A stretch of 63,432 bases of DNA, filler included, from Octopus bimaculoides (GCF_001194135.2; 8 parts of 7 records of this genome joined end to end with filler, not necessarily neighbours in it); one strand, 5' to 3'. Shown: positions 1 through 14,102, counted from the first letter of the whole stretch. The notes: generated by a model from the letters alone, not told the origin. Translations and numbers: made by a program.

Positions 1-174
1 TATATATACACACACACACACATGCGCACCTTCGTTTTGGGATCACCACTACATTATTATCTTTCCTTCTTCCTAGCTCTCCTGTGTGATACCTCTGTCC
101 AGCATTTTCCATGATAGATCGCTAGCCACTAAACCTTTTTTATTTTCACTCCCGGTTTATTTCTGTGTTCTTTT

Positions 175-227
175 CTGTCGAAGAGCATAGGCTCGAAACG
201 TAAAGACTTTCTCACTTCCCGTACGTT
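175..227 (+). ncRNA. Degenerate hammerhead-ribozyme-like motif (probably inactive)
   Basis: CTGTCGA (core CUGANGA with A6->U), A, stem II GAGC-ATAG-GCTC, GAAAC, stem III ACGT/ACGT. Stem I does not close. Confidence 0.3.
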
Positions 228-1427
228 ATATAGAGAGGTCCTTTTAGACGTTCACAGAGCGCCTTACGTTCAGCGGAATGCCGAGCTGCTGAAAGTTTCC
301 AACAGCACACCGTACGCCTAGCCAAAATGGTTTCATACGATGCTGCTTCCAGGGCTACAGAGGGCCCAGTTAAGGGGAGACAACTAGTACAAATTTTACA
401 TAAGAATATATAAATAAGACTTACTACAATAATGTTGGATTTTACATCCTAGATAGCAAATAAAAATTCGAGTGGTGGTAATAATGAACAAACAAGTAAA
501 TGTGTACACATACCGAAGAAAATTCCACTTTATAAGTACACGAAAAGGCAAAATCACAAAACCACTAACATTTAAGCGATTAAGACTTAAGACCAAAACG
601 CATGTTAATTAGTATCATGAATATAATTCTCGTATTCAGACAGTTTACTAAATATACATAATATGCATTACATTATCCTAAAAGTTAGATTGTTCATATC
701 ATTAAATTTAATAATTTTAAAATTATATTGACCCTAAATGGGTGCAGTCATACTAGGTCCACTAACAAATTACACTTTCAATCCTACATAGTAAACCCAA
801 ATTATACAAATATCTCCTGGTAAGTACAACTACTGTAATGTCCAAGTGCAGACCCATACATTATATAGTGGAGGAAGATACATAAAATAAAATACATTAC
901 ACAGAGGGGTAAAGTTGTTCCTAAGTGGGTAGGGCTATTAAGGTTTATTTTAAGTGGAGGAAAACCAATAAGTTGGTAGAGAATTTAGTCCAGATTACTG
1001 CAAGTGCCAACAAGCACATCCATGGTATGAAAGGTACTGGAGGATAAAATAAAACAAAATAAATAAAGTTAAAATTTAAAATAAAAACTAGAATTTGAAT
1101 TAGTTATTAGGGGTTATAACAGTGTGGTTGATATGGGTGGGGAGTAGGACCTAAACTCAGAATTTGGATAAAAGGAGAGGGGTATTTAAATGAATACCTG
1201 CAAAAGCCCCGGTATTGCTACTAGCAAACTAACTTTAATTAAGGAGAAAATGCATAGCCTTCAAATTACTATCAATGGCTACTATTTCTATGGTGTGGGG
1301 TTCTTGGTACTATCTTGGGGCAGTAAGGGTTTCAAATGTTATTTATATTTATCGAAAGTGGACCCACCTTTGTGCAGGCAAGCTACACTTCTCTCCCCTC
1401 TCAGGTTCAATAGTGGGCTTTGTGTTG

Positions 1428-1690
1428 TTAGAATGAAAAAATTTTCATTAATGCATTATACGAAGGTACAGTATTAAGGATCTCCCATTCTAATGTGAAG
1501 CTGATGTCACTATCTTTGAGTTCCCAAATATACTTACTTAATCCAGTTAAGTTAATTCTGCTTCTATTTCTAAAAGAATGTTGATGTGTGGCTAGTCTAC
1601 GTTTCATCTCATTTTGGGTAGCTCCTATGTAACTCATTTTACTAAACTGTGTTGTGACTGTGCATTGGTAAATTACGTCCTTAATTCTAT
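1428..1690 (-). pseudogene. GIY-YIG endonuclease fragment of the Penelope-like element
   Basis: DVIYQCTVTTQFSKMSYIGATQNEMKRRLATHQHSFR...LSKYIWELKD...LEWEIL. Confidence 0.85.
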
Positions 1691-2724
1691 AGATATTTCC
1701 AAGGACACAATTCTCCCTATTCCTACAGTTACATAGATTGTGCTGTAGGGAGAAATTGCTTTCTAGTAGGGTAGAGCTGAGTCTATTTAAATTGATAGGA
1801 TCATTATTGGTTCTGAGTGTATCCTTTACTAAGATTGGAGTAGTGTTTATTGTTTTTATTCCTACTATTACCGCCGTCGTTGCTATTGTTGCTTCTATTT
1901 AAGTAGAAAGTATTTAATTTTTTATTATTCAGGGAGGATATAATGCTCACTAAGTTATGCGTAAGACTATAACCTTTCCTAGTTATTCTACTATTTGTAA
2001 GTTTTGAATACCTATTATTCTTATCAAAATGATTATTTATACCGTTAAATATTTGCTTAGTTAAATCGGTCCTTATTTGCATCGCAAAAGGAAGTATACA
2101 CCAGATCATGGTCTCCCGATTTACCAGTGGTCTCATCGGGCGACACATGTTTACATGTTAGGGTGTTTTATATGGTGTATACGTATAATACCATTACTTC
2201 CATTATCAATGCTCTGCTCATTTATACTGCCATTAGTGGTGCTATGACTAGGTTTGCACTAGTAGTATATAGTGTTGCTACTACGTTTTTTTTTTTACTG
2301 TAGTCTTCATGGTTAGTGTGTTTATTAGCATTATTTATCCTTCGTCCATTTACCCTTGTTGTTCCACCCGTTGCGTTTCTGTTATTTTTGTAGTTACTCA
2401 TATTATTGCTAATCTAATCATATTAGCGTCATTAGTTGTAGTTTCTTGTACTTTATACATCGCTTAGGTGTATGGCCATGTACTATATTGTTGCAGTCAA
2501 TATAGTCGTTACTACTTCTATTCATTGCACGCTCGAGTGGGATATATTTGATTCTACCTCTATAGCCTGAATCTATAAGTGCCTTATCATACTTATCCTT
2601 ATGACTATTAAATATGTCCTCGTTAGAGGAGAGGTAGGAAATCCTTTTGCTAATGCCTTTTATTGGAGCTCATTTTACTGATTGTGGATGGTTACTGTGA
2701 TAGTTTATATACTTTAAGTTAGAG

Positions 2725-3105
2725 TTAGGTTTCATTAACGTCTAAGAAGTTGATACAGTAGTTTTCATCTTCTAAAGTAATAGAGAGGCTGAATCTTTTA
2801 AAATATTTACACAGATGTTTCTTAAGTAGTTCAAGACGTCTATTAGAGATGTTTCTAATAAGAAAAAGTATGTCATCTCTATAGAAGTCTCCCTCAAATT
2901 CAAGGAATTCTTTATCGATGTTGTCTAAAAGGTAAATTTCCACAAGGTCAGTTACCTCCGCTGAATCAGGAGGTCCCATGGTTATATCAAAGAAATCAGG
3001 GGTGTCCTTTCTAGCCCACAGCTTCTTATCAAATTCGATAATGGACTTACGGGCCGTGAGAATTACGTTGATTTTTTCTACTGATCTTAGTAAAGTTCTT
3101 AGCAA
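2725..3105 (-). pseudogene. Penelope-type reverse transcriptase fragment
   Basis: ITMGPPDSAEV, FYRDDILF, INFLDV motifs. Confidence 0.85.
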
Positions 3106-4470
3106 AATGAGCGCACTATTTAGAATAGTGGGGTTTATGGAAGAGTAATAATTTTGAATGTCAATTTGCCAAAATTTATGTTTTGTGTTAGAGAACCATC
3201 CTATTGCGCTTTGGGTATTTGTTCATAACTCGAGTTTAATCTTTTTAAGGGTAGGTATATACTTATCCAAGATTGCTTTACTGAGCTTACCTAAATCTGA
3301 CTTATTAGGGCATATTAATCTGACCTGTGTATTACATAAATAATTATCTTTATGATCCTTAATGGTTATACAAGGTTTAATCGGTGTAAATGGTTCCGTC
3401 CGACCATCTACATATACTCCAACATGATTTTTTTGGCCTCTAAGTTAATTATTTTAAGAGTGCTTCTAGGACTATCTATTTATTTATTCTTATATTTGTT
3501 ATGTTAAGAAGTTGCAGAAAGTCATAAGCGGCCTCATACCACTTATATCATAGTCTTCTCCCTCGCATCCTTTATTTACTTCTTTTTCTTTTTTATTTAC
3601 ATATTCATTGAAATGGTTTTAACTTTTGCCCTTGGTTCAAATATGATTGACCAATTATAGAGATGGAGAGACTTCGGTCTATCGCATTGCGGACAACAAG
3701 TAGTGCTCTCTATAATATTCCAGTAAGTGCACTATCATAAGAACCCTACGGTATTGCTTTGGATAAATATCAACTAGAGATTTTTACGATAGATAATATA
3801 GACACTGCTCTCTTTCTAAGCATGTCAATAATTTCCTTGCATTATTTCTTTACTAACTTCTTTTCACAACTTTTAAAACATCTTGATTCCCCCTTTATAT
3901 AGATATAACCCGAAAATTTTTTCCCAAGACCATTGCTAAATCATTCTTTTGCCAACTGACTTCGAAGCCCCATGATGGAAGATTGTATGATTTTAATGTA
4001 TTAAGCCTCCAGGCTTCTTCTCTAGGTCATGTTTTCTTTCCTATTCCCTCTTCCTCTTGTTTATTTCTTTGGACGCTTTTGCATTCACTCGTATGAAGAT
4101 GAAGACTGTTATTTTCGCAATTCTTTCGTAGGCACTGACTGGCATCGGAAGCGGAAACGGCCTTAAGAATTGTTATGTCACATAAATGTTGTGTTATGTC
4201 ATGTTTTGTATTAAATAGTAAGCTACAGATGTGGTCTAATTGATTTGTTTGCTGATCTAAAATTTTCTCCATTTTCTGTTTATTTAAATTTGATTCCTGA
4301 TAAACTTTTGTTTATTCTGTTGTTACCTGTACTCTACGAACATAGTGTGCCTGCATACTAATGCCCAGAGATAACACGGGTAACTGATATCGATGATAAA
4401 TATGGATATTTTATCCCCTAGTCGGTTACTATAACTGGTAACACTGCTTACCTTTATATATATATATATA

Positions 4471-4650
4471 TTACTCTTTTACTTGTTTCAGTCATTTGAT
4501 TGTGGGGATGCTGGAACACCACTTTTTAGTTGAAGAAATCAACCCCTGGACTTATTCTTTGTAAGCCTGGTGCTTATTCTATCGATCTTTTATGCCGAAC
4601 CACTAAGTTACGGGGACGTAAACACACTAACATCGGGTGTACAGCGATGT

Positions 4651-4684
<34 letters not shown>

Positions 4685-4757
4685 CCACTCACATGACTTT
4701 GGTTGGCCTGAGGCTATAGTAAAAGACACTAGCCCAAAGCAAGTGTCTTCTACTATA
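4471..4757 (-). mobile_element. SINE family B, partial copy
   Basis: Reverse complement of the 3' part of the full copy at 14103-14513, with internal (CA)n. Confidence 0.7.
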
Positions 4758-4829
4758 TATAATTATTTTAAGGGAGGAATTTTATGTTTAGCTCGAGGAT
4801 CGTGGTTTGTTAAACCAGATTTGTGATTT

Positions 4830-6692
4830 TGTAATTCCACAAATTACTCAGTATGAATATCAAGACTTGGTCGACAGGACACTGTGAAGGGATGGCTCGC
4901 AGTCTCATTTTCGATTAATGTCGGTGCAGCAGATTTGTAGCAGGGTCGGTGTTCTGTTCCCTACAGAAGATTGGTCTAACACCAAACAAATGAAGTGAAC
5001 CATCAAGGACATAGGTATGGCAGCTGAAACCGATCCAAGGTCGCTGTGGTTGATAAGAGGCCGCAGACGGAACCCTTCTGTGATCGAACACTAAACCAAT
5101 TTTCGCTGCCCCACCCAGGTGAACCGTACTACCTAAGGGGGCGAAAGGTTGAGAACTTAAGATGTATTCAGATGGCACGGAAGTATTTCCAATATCATGA
5201 GGGATTCTGAAGACAAGCGTGTAATATTTCTGCGTAGCTCCTACGTTTTCTACATACGTAGGGCAAAGTTTAAGTCTGCGATCACTAGATATAGATGCCA
5301 ATTCCTCTTCTCCATATATTTTCAGACCAATATTAGATGGAATTTTTATGAAGGGATTTCGAACCCAATCATACTCTTCTGTGTTCAATGGCAGAAAATA
5401 AAAGTTTATTTTTTTCCAGATTTGTCAAATGTTCAAATACAATAGGTGTCATTTCTTTTATGCAGCTTTTAAGTATTAAGGAAAACATTTCAAAGTTACC
5501 ACCTTCAGCTCTATTTTTCCAAATTACAACTTTCTTTTTAAATGAAACCAGCTTATCTGTCGAAGTGAGAATGCTTTCATTTCTACCTTGCAAACTTGTT
5601 TTGATGCTATTAATTTGTGCAAATATCTTTGTTAAATATTCCAGCTTGGAAACCCAAAATTCACATTGTAGATATTCCAAGAAGCGGTCATATTTTTCTT
5701 CTTCAAAAAATGCATGTAATTCCTTCAGGAGTTCATGTATGCGACGTAGCACCTTACCATTTCAGAGCCATCTGACTTTTGTGTGGAAAAGTAAGCGCTT
5801 GTTTTTGAGAATCCATATCAACACAAATTTGTTCAAATAAGCGACACTTCAACGGCCTACTTTTAGTATAATTAACCATTTCAACAACTTGGCTTAATAT
5901 TTGCTTTAATTCAACTGGTATTGTTTTTTGAAACTAGTACTTCCCTATGTAGGAAGCAATGAGTACGTATAACATTAGGATTTTGCTGTTGTACGAGAGA
6001 TACAAAACATTTAATAGAGCCTATCATAGATGGTGCCTCATCGGTACATATTCCAACTCATAAACTCCAGGATAAATTCTATTTTTCTAGCTAGGCAGAT
6101 AAAATGTCAAAAATATCTTGACCTCTTGTAATGAGTGGCATTTCTTCACAATAAAAGAACTGATTTATGGTTTGGTTACCATCAATAAAGCGAATAAATG
6201 TAAGTAATTGTACTTTGTTGTTAATGTCAGTTGATTCGTCAACTTGTAGAGCAAATTCTGAATTCTGAAATTTGTTCTGTACATTTTTCTCTATATCAGC
6301 AGATAAATCCATAATTCTCCAATAGATTGCATTATTTGAGAACGGAATCTTACTTATTTCTTGATCGGCTTCGTCACCCAACATGATTTTAACCATCTTT
6401 CTACAAGCGGGTAAGATAATCGACTCGACTAAAGTATGGTATTTCGTTTATAATGCAATCATTTCGTCTGTCTCAACAGACGCGATTTGAGCCTTTTCAG
6501 AAGCACGCATCCTGTTTTCAAAATAGTTTCTTTGTTTAGATTGCTGTTCTAGCAGTCTTTTTTGACACTTAGACATTTATATATGAACTTTCTAGTGAAT
6601 ATCGGTTTGTATTTTTCATATTTTGAAATATAATCTTACTTTTTCGAGGCACACCTAGTTACATCTTGCGACGCACGGTTTGGGAGCCACTA
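4830..6692 (-). mobile_element. hAT (Buster/Charlie, ZBED5/8-like) transposon relic, internally deleted
   Basis: FALQVDESTD catalytic motif (6091-6396); LEYLTKIFAQIN...LQG (5369-5752); YDWVRNPF...EELASISSD. Charlie-type TIR TAGTGGCTCCCAAACCGTGCGTCGC ends at 6692. Second TIR not found. Confidence 0.85.
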
Positions 6693-7881
6693 GACTGAAC
6701 AGATGTCACTAATTATATTTGTTTCACTTGGTTCCGAGTTCCAATCCTACTATAATCAACTTCTGAAAAAATGTAAGTCGCAATTATATTTAGAAATACT
6801 TTGTTTCAAAAATATTGATTTTTGCTTTGTGAGAAAAAAAACAAAAAAACTATCTTATGTCAATGATGATCAGGAAATGATTTTTTTTAGTTAAAAAGGA
6901 AAAACAAAAGAAATACGTCAAATCCACGACGTTATTACTGAGTAAAATTCAGAACAACGAGAATTGAATATGGAAATGGTTCATATACAGCAGTTTAGAA
7001 TGAATGGCAATAGCTAGTGGACTGTCAATATATTTTTGCTAATGAGTTAACTAGCTACGACCATCAATATAGCTGAAGACACTGCCAATATAATTTATCA
7101 ATTACTCATATTAGCTATGACCACCAATGCTAAAAACATTTTCTCAGATCTACCTTCTTTTTCTTACTGATTACTGTGGTTTAATTGCAGGAAAAATGAC
7201 ACATGTTTACAATATCTGATTAGGAATGACCTCAAACTGAAATATGATTAGAGGATATAATAGCAAAAGTAGTAGCAGCAGCAGTGTTTTGTCATTGATT
7301 CTCTTCCGACAGAAAGATACAGAGACAGGTAAGGTTAAATATTCTGTGAATCTAACATATATGACTTTATATTCTAAGGTGAGGAATCATTATAACGTAG
7401 GATAGAATGTTTCGTAGTTTTCGTTTCTTTGCTTGCGCTCTGAGCTCAAATCCAGCCCGAGGTCAATTTTATCTTTCGTTCTTTTGGGGCTCACGAAGAA
7501 ATGTCAGTAATGGGGTTAATTCTATGTACTGAGCCTGTAATTTAACTGTCCAGCTTTTCACACTTTGTCTCGCTAATTCGGGCTGAGAATTGCATTAAGT
7601 GTGCACATGTTCGATTCTTTGGTCATATCTCTTGGTCTTTGTCGATTTAACCTGCAATCTTTGTTTCAGCTCTTCAAGTACTACACTTAACCCCTTTTTC
7701 TTTATCCTACATCTACATTCTAGTTACTGATATTTCTCTTTCTTCCTGATTTCACCTTTTTTCACGATGTTGATATGTTTTCGTAGTTCGGTCATTGGTT
7801 GCTTTATTCTTCTTTTCCACCAAAGCTCTTTTTCTTCATTTCCGTTGGAAATGGCTTGTTCCTGAGCTTGTTCCGTGTCCG

Positions 7882-7950
<69 letters not shown>
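7882..7950. repeat. (ATT)n microsatellite
   Basis: Direct reading. Confidence 0.95.
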
Positions 7951-8510
7951 GAGTGAGTGAGTGAGCAATGCATACCATCAAAGTGACACTGGGGTAAAAT
8001 ATACGAAGCCTATTATAACCATCATGACTACCCGTCTGATAAGGGTACATCAGACACATGCATTATAACCATATGTGCGCCACATGATGATCTCATATCA
8101 AGATAAACAGCGCATGACCTTGCCGGTGGGGCCCAGTTAGAATTTTCGTCAGGTCGAGTAGCCTTTCCCGCTCAAAAGGTCCCTGAATAAGGGTTGTTTA
8201 AGGATGTTGAACGAAAGACCTGTGTTTTCAGAGGTGAATTATCCAAACCCCAAAGAATTCCTTTCGACACATGGCTATGATGTTCCCCCACTACTTCTGC
8301 TCATGATCAGAGATGCACATATCGTCAGCCACCAAGGGACATGCTCAACTGGTTAAGGTCAAACAACTGACAAGCAATTCTGTGGTATTGAACAGAATAT
8401 CTGCTGTAGTCCATCTTTTATACCAAGAAAAAACAAAGTACATGATAACACTTCCAATCAGTTAAGATCAGAAGCCAAGAGAGACACTGCCTGGTACTGC
8501 ATCCGGGCAT
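7951..8510. mobile_element. About 560-bp non-coding interspersed repeat embedded in trinucleotide microsatellites
   Basis: Non-repetitive sequence of moderate GC bounded by (ATT)n on the left and (TTC)n(TTA)n on the right. Recalled as a common octopus repeat (unverified). Confidence 0.5.
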
Positions 8511-8512
8511 TT

Positions 8513-8543
<31 letters not shown>

Positions 8544-9689
8544 TTATTATTATCCCCTTTCAATTTTGCCAAATGTCTTCCTGACTCCAAGGGCAAAGAA
8601 ACTCACTATACATTGGTAGGCCATTAAAATAAACACATCAGATTGTTCATTTAAAAAGTCATGTGGTAGGGAAAAAAAGGGAAAGAAAGAAAGGAAGGAA
8701 GGAAATGGGAAAGAAGAAAAATGGAAAAAAGTAAAGAAAATAAGGTGGTGGGGGAGGAAAGAAAATTCAATGACAATGCTCTTCTCAATACATGTGACGT
8801 ACCAGTTAAAACAATATTTTTCACTTCTTGCATGTATGGTAAGACAGGAATCATTTATTAACATTATTATTAGAATTGTTAGTAGACAGGGCAAAATGCT
8901 TAGCGGTATTTCGTCCATCTTTACGTTCCAAGTTCAGATTCTGTCGAGGTCGCCTTTGCCTTTCATCCTTTTGGAGTCAATAAATTAAGTACCAGTGAAA
9001 CACTGGGGTTGATGAATTTCAGGCCTTGTGCCTTAGTAGAAAGGATTATTGTTGTTGTTGTTGTCATTGTCATTGTTGTTATGCTTAGAAGAGAAAGTTA
9101 TCTGTTTGAAATTCCTGAGGTATTGTTAAATTTTGTTGTTTTAACAAGCGTTATTTGTATTTTAGTTGCACCGTTTCATTAATAAGTCATCTAGCATTCG
9201 CTAAGGCTTGTTGGTTTTGTGAAATATTTGCCCTGCCAGGGCTAATTTTGGTATGTTTGATTGTAAAATTACAATTTAAAAAAAATCAATGAGGCTCACC
9301 AAATTAAGGGAAGAGATGACTCTTGGAAGAGCCATTATGAAACTAAGTTTTCTGCCACAACCTGCTACAATTAACAGAAAATGAATTTATAGCAATAGCA
9401 ATGACAACAACAAACATTTAAGTGGAAAATAATGTTAAAGCAGCACCTCTACTACACCTCACACCACCACAAAAAGTAGCAAGATCAACAACAATAATAA
9501 CAGCAATAGCAGTGACAAGCAAGACAAACAGAACAATGAGGCAAACACAACTCCATCATTACCACCTAAAACATTAATACAATAAAAACAGTGAACAGTG
9601 AAGCTTGTAAAGTGGAAATGGTTTTACAAATGCATGTAAAAACTAGAATCAGTAGTATGATTGATCAATAACTAAGAGATGCAAAATAG

Positions 9690-12300
9690 TATCTTACAAA
9701 GTATGGCAGAATAATAAGCTTACATATACTGAAAAATGCGAGAAGAGACCAAAAGAAAGACTTCTAAATGCATTGCACTTAAAGCAAGGCGACTTGAATG
9801 AGTGATACTTGTCTAGATTGAAAAGTGCCTTAAACCAATACGAGGCATAAAAACATAGACACTTTGGCACAGTTGAAGAAGCAGCAAAGGGAAATTCGAC
9901 CACAATATTAAAGAGTGATGAACTGTTGCTAATTCCAGCATAGCCATTTGGAGTGTTGTAAAAGGAAGGGTGGCTGAAATACCACCAGACGTGGACATCT
10001 AGCTTGTGGCGGCTGTAATATGCAGCATAGAAAATAAAAAGAGCACACTGCAACAACACAGACAGGGAAAAGAGAATTGGTCAGGCAATGGGATTGAACT
10101 ACTCATCCAGATCAACCAAAAAGCATGGAAATCATCACTCACTTGATCACCTTCTAAAGTAAGAAGGGATAAAAGCTACTCAATGACCTGAATAGCAAAG
10201 GCAAAACATGGCAGCAAAGCCACAATTCGGTCTTTGGTGGACCATAACAGGCACTTGCTACTCTGGCTCAACCAGGTATGTAAGGTATTTCACACGCATT
10301 TCATTTGACTGTTCAGGATAAATGGTGGGCCAGAACGCAGGATGGATTTCAGTACCTACCTCAACAGCTTGCCGCGACTCTCAGCAAAAGATGTAGTATG
10401 TTGTGAAAAGCCTATAGCAGTCATGAAAATATGGGAAACGATGAATAGCTGCACGATGAACAGATCACCTGGTTTGGATTCTCTGCCTTATGAGCTTTAT
10501 TTTTATATATTCCCAATTTGTTTGGGGTCCTTTTGGCAGATATCTACCGCAACTGGCAGCAGAATGGGAATATTCCTAGTTCCATGTGTCGAGGATCACT
10601 GCTGAGGAAGGACCCAAACAAAGAAGATCTCATATAGAATTTTAGGCTCATGCTAAATGCAGATTTTAAAATTATGGCCAGGGTATTTGCAAAGAAGCTG
10701 GCACTTGTCATAGATACTCTGTTTGGTGATATGCAAACATGCCTCATCCCAAGTAGATATATCCACAACTTCCACCTCATACAACACATCATAGAGGGAG
10801 TGGGTAAAGAACCTGACAAAGGTGAGGCCCTGATCAATTTGGATCAATCAAAAGCTTTCAACATAGTCAACCACCAATGCTTGGCAGCTGTTCTCATGGT
10901 TGCCGGTTTCTGCGGTTGGATTGCCACATCATCAACTCAGTAATTCGGGTGAATGATCACCATTTGGAACCATTCAGCATCATGTACTCAGTCCATCAAG
11001 GCTTTCCCCTTTTATCTCTTCTATATGTGTACTGACTCTAGAGCGACTGGAAACTGGAGCCTTTGAAGGACATCCACGCGAACTAATGTATGGGAGAAAT
11101 GTGTCGGCATACACACAAACCTGATCAACACTGCTCTAAAAGAATATGTGGTGGTGACAGGAGCAGAAATTGGCCAAGAAAAGTCAGTGGGTCTGCAGCT
11201 TTGCTCCTGGAGAGGCAGGTCCATGCTGTCCAACAGTGCTGTAAGACGTTGGATGTATGAACCAGTTAAATTGGTCGGGATCTAGTTTCATCCAGATCTC
11301 TAGATGAAGAACTGGGAGGAAGTGATGAGAAGGGTGGTTATTCTCACTCAGAAATGAGCCAAGTGAAAGCTGTTCCTGAAAGTTCAGGCCGAGTGGTGAA
11401 TGCATATATCACCTCTGTCATTTATTACTGCCTGACCATCATGCCTTGCTTTACATGTGACATGATTTGAGCACCTACTCTTTTGCTTTCTTTAGAAGGG
11501 ATGTGTTCCATTGGTCTAGTGCTCCATTTGCTGTCAACATTCACTGAGAGGAGGACTGGACATATCCGTGCTGGTGATGCACAGACATGCACTGAGACTG
11601 TGACAACTCCAGTGTTTCTCTGACAATTAGCAGGTGTGGTCACTGTTTGTGAGACTCACTTTTCTGCAACCCATCTCTTTGACCAAGCTGCAGTCCTGGA
11701 TTAAGTACAGGGTGCCTGGCACCTAGGCAGGGCACCTGGTACCTAGAATACCATCAGGCACTCACATACCTCTGCCAGTCAGGCAATGCAGTCGATGGAA
11801 GTTCCCCTTTGGCATTCTCTAAAGGTTCAGTGATGAGCAAGAATGACAAAGTCCTCGGGGTGTATCTGGGCATTGACAAGAATCAACTGGACATGAATAA
11901 CTTCTAGAAATCTCTGGCCTGGCAATGTTATTGGATGAGGCAGGGTATGGTATTGCCATTTCAAGATAAACTCTACAGGAATGGAAGTGTTGACAGCTGG
12001 GCTTGCTCAAATGTGAGCAGAATAGCGAAACTCTTGTGCATGCATTCTTCCAGTGTCCGAGCATTCCCGACAGGTGGCTTTATGTCAAACATCTGAAGTT
12101 GCATGCAGGATGGATCAAGCTAGTAGCTGAGTTCACTGTGAAGATCATTCTGCCACCTTCTTTTGACTGGGAAGGGCAGGTAGTGTTTATTTGTCTGGTG
12201 GCCTTAGTGAGAGAGGATGTGTGGTGGATGAGATTGAAAGGGCTGAAAACAGACACCTTCTTCTTTGAAACGTTTACAAATTTCACTTAAAAAGGAAAGT
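9690..12300 (+). mobile_element. Tx1/L1-clade LINE ORF2 relic, 5'-truncated
   Basis: RSPGLDSLPYELY; LNADFKIMARVFAKKL; LINLDQSKAFNIVNH; C-terminal CEQNSETLVHAFFQCP zinc knuckle; many stops and frameshifts. Confidence 0.85.
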
Positions 12301-12483
12301 GAGGATGGAGAGGGAAGAGTTGTTTTTCAGCAAATTTGTTGAAAGGTGGATGAATTTTATTGTTTGATTTTTTTTTTGTTTCTTTGTTTTTACTACTTAT
12401 ATACCTTCGTGTAACCCCAACATTATATTTCATCATATTGATTTGTATATTTCTTTTTCTTGTTTAATTTTCAGCAAAATAAC

Positions 12484-12823
12484 ATGATGTTTTCAACAAT
12501 AAATGATTTAATTCCTGCTGCACTGGCTGTGATAAGTATTTATCTTCTCCTTCAGTGGTATCTTCGGACACTTACAGTTAAAGAATTCAATCAGAAATAT
12601 GTGTTAGTCACTGGTTGTGATACAGGCTTTGGGTACCTTCTGGCCAAACAACTAGATGTACTTGGTTTTAATGTATTTGCTACTTGTCTAACTAAAGAAG
12701 CAATATCTGATCTTCATGCCATCTGTACAAAAAGATTAGAAGCATTTTTGATGGATGTTACCAAAAAAGAAGACATTGAAAGGATTGAAAAATTTGTCAG
12801 ATCTCGGCTTCCAAAAGATACAG
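12484..12823 (+). CDS. SDR9C-family short-chain dehydrogenase/reductase (RDH/HSD17B6-like), coding exon 1
   Basis: Pyrimidine tract and CAG acceptor at 12474; ATG at 12484; N-terminal hydrophobic anchor; Rossmann motif VLVTGCDTGFG; phase-1 donor G|GTAACA. Confidence 0.9.
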
Positions 12824-12978
12824 GTAACACAACAATGACAAATTTCACAATTTTACTATTACTTTCAGTTTGTCTTTAGGATTTGTGAGAGCTGAAAATG
12901 CTAATGCATAAAGATATGTATGTGTGCATGCATGCTTGCACTTGTATTACCTGTTATCAATAGTTATTTTTACTTCAG

Positions 12979-13240
12979 GTTTGTGGGCCTTAGTTAACAA
13001 TGCTGGTGTCATGTCTACCCTTTTGTTCCCTGATTGCTACTCACGAAAACATTATACTGAAGTTATGGATGTAAATGTCTATGGAATGATTGATGTCACC
13101 ACAGCTTTCTTGCCATTACTGCGCATGTCAAAAGGAAGAATTGTTAATGTGTCCAGTGTCTTAGGGAAAATTACCCCTCCTGTATTTATACCATATTGCA
13201 TATCAAAACATGCTGTAGAGGCATATTCAAATGGCCTTAG
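12979..13240 (+). CDS. SDR9C-family dehydrogenase, coding exon 2
   Basis: Acceptor tttttacttcag. Joins in frame to give GLWALVNNAG, GRIVNVSS and catalytic YCISK (YxxxK). Phase-2 donor AG|GTAAAT. Confidence 0.92.
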
Positions 13241-13615
13241 GTAAATATAATTTCCCATAACTTCTTTGTGATTTTAATTAAATAATCAATTAATTTATTT
13301 TTGTACAATATATCCTGTTATCTCGAGAAACAAATTCTCACAATTCTAAGTATTCAAATTACTTTATTAATCTAATTGAATCACTCTGTTTACAGAATAT
13401 AGTTTTCACTAATGCAATCAATAATTTGTGAATTTCTAAAATAACAAAAGTATCAGTCACATGACCTCATTTTCAATAGCATTTTCAAGGTGAGAAACTG
13501 GTACCATGACACTATCAAGATTTCATATTGAAGTTGATTCCACTCATTTAGAAGAAAAGAAAAAATACAAGCTCATTTGGCATTTATATTATTTATATGA
13601 CTTTTGTCTTTGCAG

Positions 13616-13779
13616 ATGTAGTTTAAAACTACAAAATGTAACTGTCCATATAATCGAACCAGGTTGTTTCATGACAAATCTAACGTCATATGAAATAATT
13701 GAAAATAGATCAAGACAAGATTTTGCTGCTGCTTCCATTGATGTTCAACAATTCTATGGTAACAAGTTCTTTGAATCCT
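13616..13779 (+). CDS. SDR9C-family dehydrogenase, coding exon 3
   Basis: Acceptor ttttgtctttgcag; in-frame VTVHIIEPGCFMTNL; phase-1 donor T|GTGAGT. Terminal exon not found. Confidence 0.88.
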
Positions 13780-14102
13780 GTGAGTATCCTTAAAACAGTC
13801 TTCATACACTCAATGCAAAAGTCTTTGACAAAATCTAGAACTTTGTCCAGGAAGACTTGATTTAGTTATCAAACGATAAAAAAAATGATCAACTTAATTG
13901 TTTTAATATTTTAAACATTCTTATCACCTGTATCAACAGTTTGTGGTGAGATCAAAAACTTCACTGGAATTATTTAAAGCATTTTTTTAGTATATAAATA
14001 TCTTAACCAACAATGAGTTAGTCTTCAACAACTGGTAATTCTAAATTAGTTTTGGTCAGGTCATCATTTGAAGAAATCAAACATAACATACATAAATCTT
14101 AC

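Larger units (their letters stand above)
222..4449 (-). mobile_element. Penelope-like retroelement (RT + GIY-YIG endonuclease), frameshifted and degraded
   Basis: RT motifs FDITMGPPDSAE and FYRDD in ORF 2725-3105. GIY-YIG signature VIYQC...SYIGATQNEMKRRLATH at about 1428-1690, preceded by CNCR...C. N-terminal ORF 4027-4272. Same strand and correct domain order. Ends approximate. Confidence 0.85.
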
